In this document: positions 23,077-24,000 of the stretch, in pieces
Layout: each line of letters starts with the position of its first letter
How positions within the stretch are numbered: the first letter of the stretch is position 1
Translations under genes and position numbers: made by a program
The notes under the pieces: generated by a model
What the model was told of the DNA's origin: nothing
The model's database searches: none
What the model saw: the letters and a program-made list of their open reading frames with translations, nothing else
Assembly: GCA_002753135.1 (NCBI GenBank)
Contig: PDZV01000002.1
Span: forward strand, 57,718-81,717
DNA: 24,000 bases
Origin: Magnetococcales bacterium WMHbinv6
GTDB lineage: Bacteria; Pseudomonadota; Magnetococcia; Magnetococcales; Magnetaquicoccaceae
Direction: 5' to 3'

Positions 23077-24000
23077 TCAACGAAACGATTTGCTCAACAA
23101 CGGGGTGATTTCTGCCGCCGGTACCGGCTTGCTGTACAAATAGCCCTGCACGGCATGGCAACCGGCTGTCCGCAACACCGCCTCCTGGGCTGCCGTCTCC
23201 ACCCCTTCGGCCACGGTTTTAAAACCGAGCGAACGGCCCATGGCAATAATGGCGTTGACAATTTCCAAACTGTCCAGATCCCCCGGCAAATCGCGGACAA
23301 ACGATTGATCCACTTTCAGGGTGGTGATGGGAAACCGTTTGAGATAGCTCAAGGAGGAATAACCGGTGCCGAAATCATCCACGGCAATCTGGATACCTCG
23401 TTGCCGCAAGGCCGCCAACAGCTGGATGGTTTTTTCCACGCTGACCATGGCCGATGATTCGGTAATTTCCAGCTCCAGGCGGTCGGGAAAGAGACGGGTT
23501 GCGGTCAAAATTTCTTCCACCACCCGGACGATGCCCTCATCGCGCAGCTGCTGGGAAGCAATATTGACGGCCATATGCAGGTGCATATAGCCCATGTTGT
23601 GCCACTCTTTGAGTTGGGCACAGGCGGTGCGCAGCACAAACATACCCAGCGGCACCACCAAACCACTCTCTTCGGCAGCCGGAATGAACAAACCGGGCGA
23701 AACCAACCCCTTGCCAGGGCGCAACCAGCGCACCAGGGCTTCAAAGCCGAGAATGGTCCCGGTCATCAAATCGACCTTGGGTTGGTAATAGACGGCAAAT
23801 TCGTTATGTTCCAGGCCATCGCGAATATCCTGGACCATCTGCAGGCGATCTTTGGTACCGCGCTGCATCTCATCGGAGAAAAATTGATACTGGCAATCAC
23901 CCGGACTGCGGCGCATGGCCGTTTGCGACTTGACGACCAGATCATCGACATTGCTGCCGTCGTTGGGATAGATGCTGGCACCGATCATCAGCGAGATGAA
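23077..24000 (-). CDS. c-di-GMP phosphodiesterase EAL domain preceded by the end of a GGDEF domain (gene continues beyond the right window edge)
   Basis: A complete EAL signature set is present: YYQPKV, GFEALVRW, AVNIA, LELEITES, IAVDDFGTGYSSLSYL, LKVDQSFV, VAEGVET, VQGYLYSKP. The reading frame stays open upstream of the first Met to the window edge (FISLMIGASIYPNDG..., the typical C-terminal strand of a GGDEF domain). Confidence 0.88.
   Translation of the reverse strand, partial: FISLMIGASIYPNDGSNVDDLVVKSQTAMRRSPGDCQYQFFSDEMQRGTKDRLQMVQDIRDGLEHNEFAVYYQPKVDLMTGTILGFEALVRWLRPGKGLVSPGLFIPAAEESGLVVPLGMFVLRTACAQLKEWHNMGYMHLHMAVNIASQQLRDEGIVRVVEEILTATRLFPDRLELEITESSAMVSVEKTIQLLAALRQRGIQIAVDDFGTGYSSLSYLKRFPITTLKVDQSFVRDLPGDLDSLEIVNAIIAMGRSLGFKTVAEGVETAAQEAVLRTAGCHAVQGYLYSKPVPAAEITPLLSKSFR

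Noticed and set aside
1-24000. Looked for defence or mobile signatures: CRISPR repeats, integrase or transposase, tRNA targets, inverted terminal repeats, abrupt composition shifts
   Set aside because: I saw none. Composition and codon style look uniform across the window, and every large ORF has a housekeeping, envelope or regulatory assignment.

Overview
This is a chromosomal window from a mid-GC Gram-negative bacterium, probably a proteobacterium; I cannot assign the species from sequence alone. I found no rRNA, tRNA, CRISPR array, IS element or integrase. Gene content from left to right is as follows. (1) Bases 1-6218, minus strand: a core flagellar operon in the order flgB-flgC-fliE-fliF-fliG-fliH-fliI. 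fliI is cut by the left edge and is missing from the ORF track; I recovered it by hand translation. (2) Bases 6493-9126, minus strand: tlpA-like thioredoxin, cutA, ccdA and type-2 pyrF. (3) Bases 9170-12892, plus strand: pqiA-pqiB-pqiC, an MCE envelope lipid-transport system. (4) Bases 12853-16854, minus strand: prmB, hpnC, hpnD, a Crg1/TMT-type SAM methyltransferase and a small HicB-like protein. The squalene genes lack hpnE in this window. (5) Bases 17048-23003, plus strand: a very tightly packed four-gene module. It holds a sigma-54 activator with no sensor domain, a 990-aa exported protein (beta-rich N-terminal part plus long TPR region), a second sigma-54 activator with a degenerate receiver domain, and a helical lipoprotein. 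(6) Bases 23077-24000, minus strand: the EAL half of a GGDEF-EAL c-di-GMP protein, cut by the right edge. The most interesting candidate for an undescribed system is the EBP / exported TPR giant / EBP / lipoprotein module. Secondary oddities are listed here. FliH carries a 184-aa acidic C-terminal extension. A 217-bp gap with a 38-codon ORF lies between fliF and fliG. Three palindromes sit upstream of flgB. The hpnCD genes are linked to a methyltransferase and an orphan HicB-like gene. All functional calls rest on motif recognition in the supplied or hand-made translations; no database search was possible.
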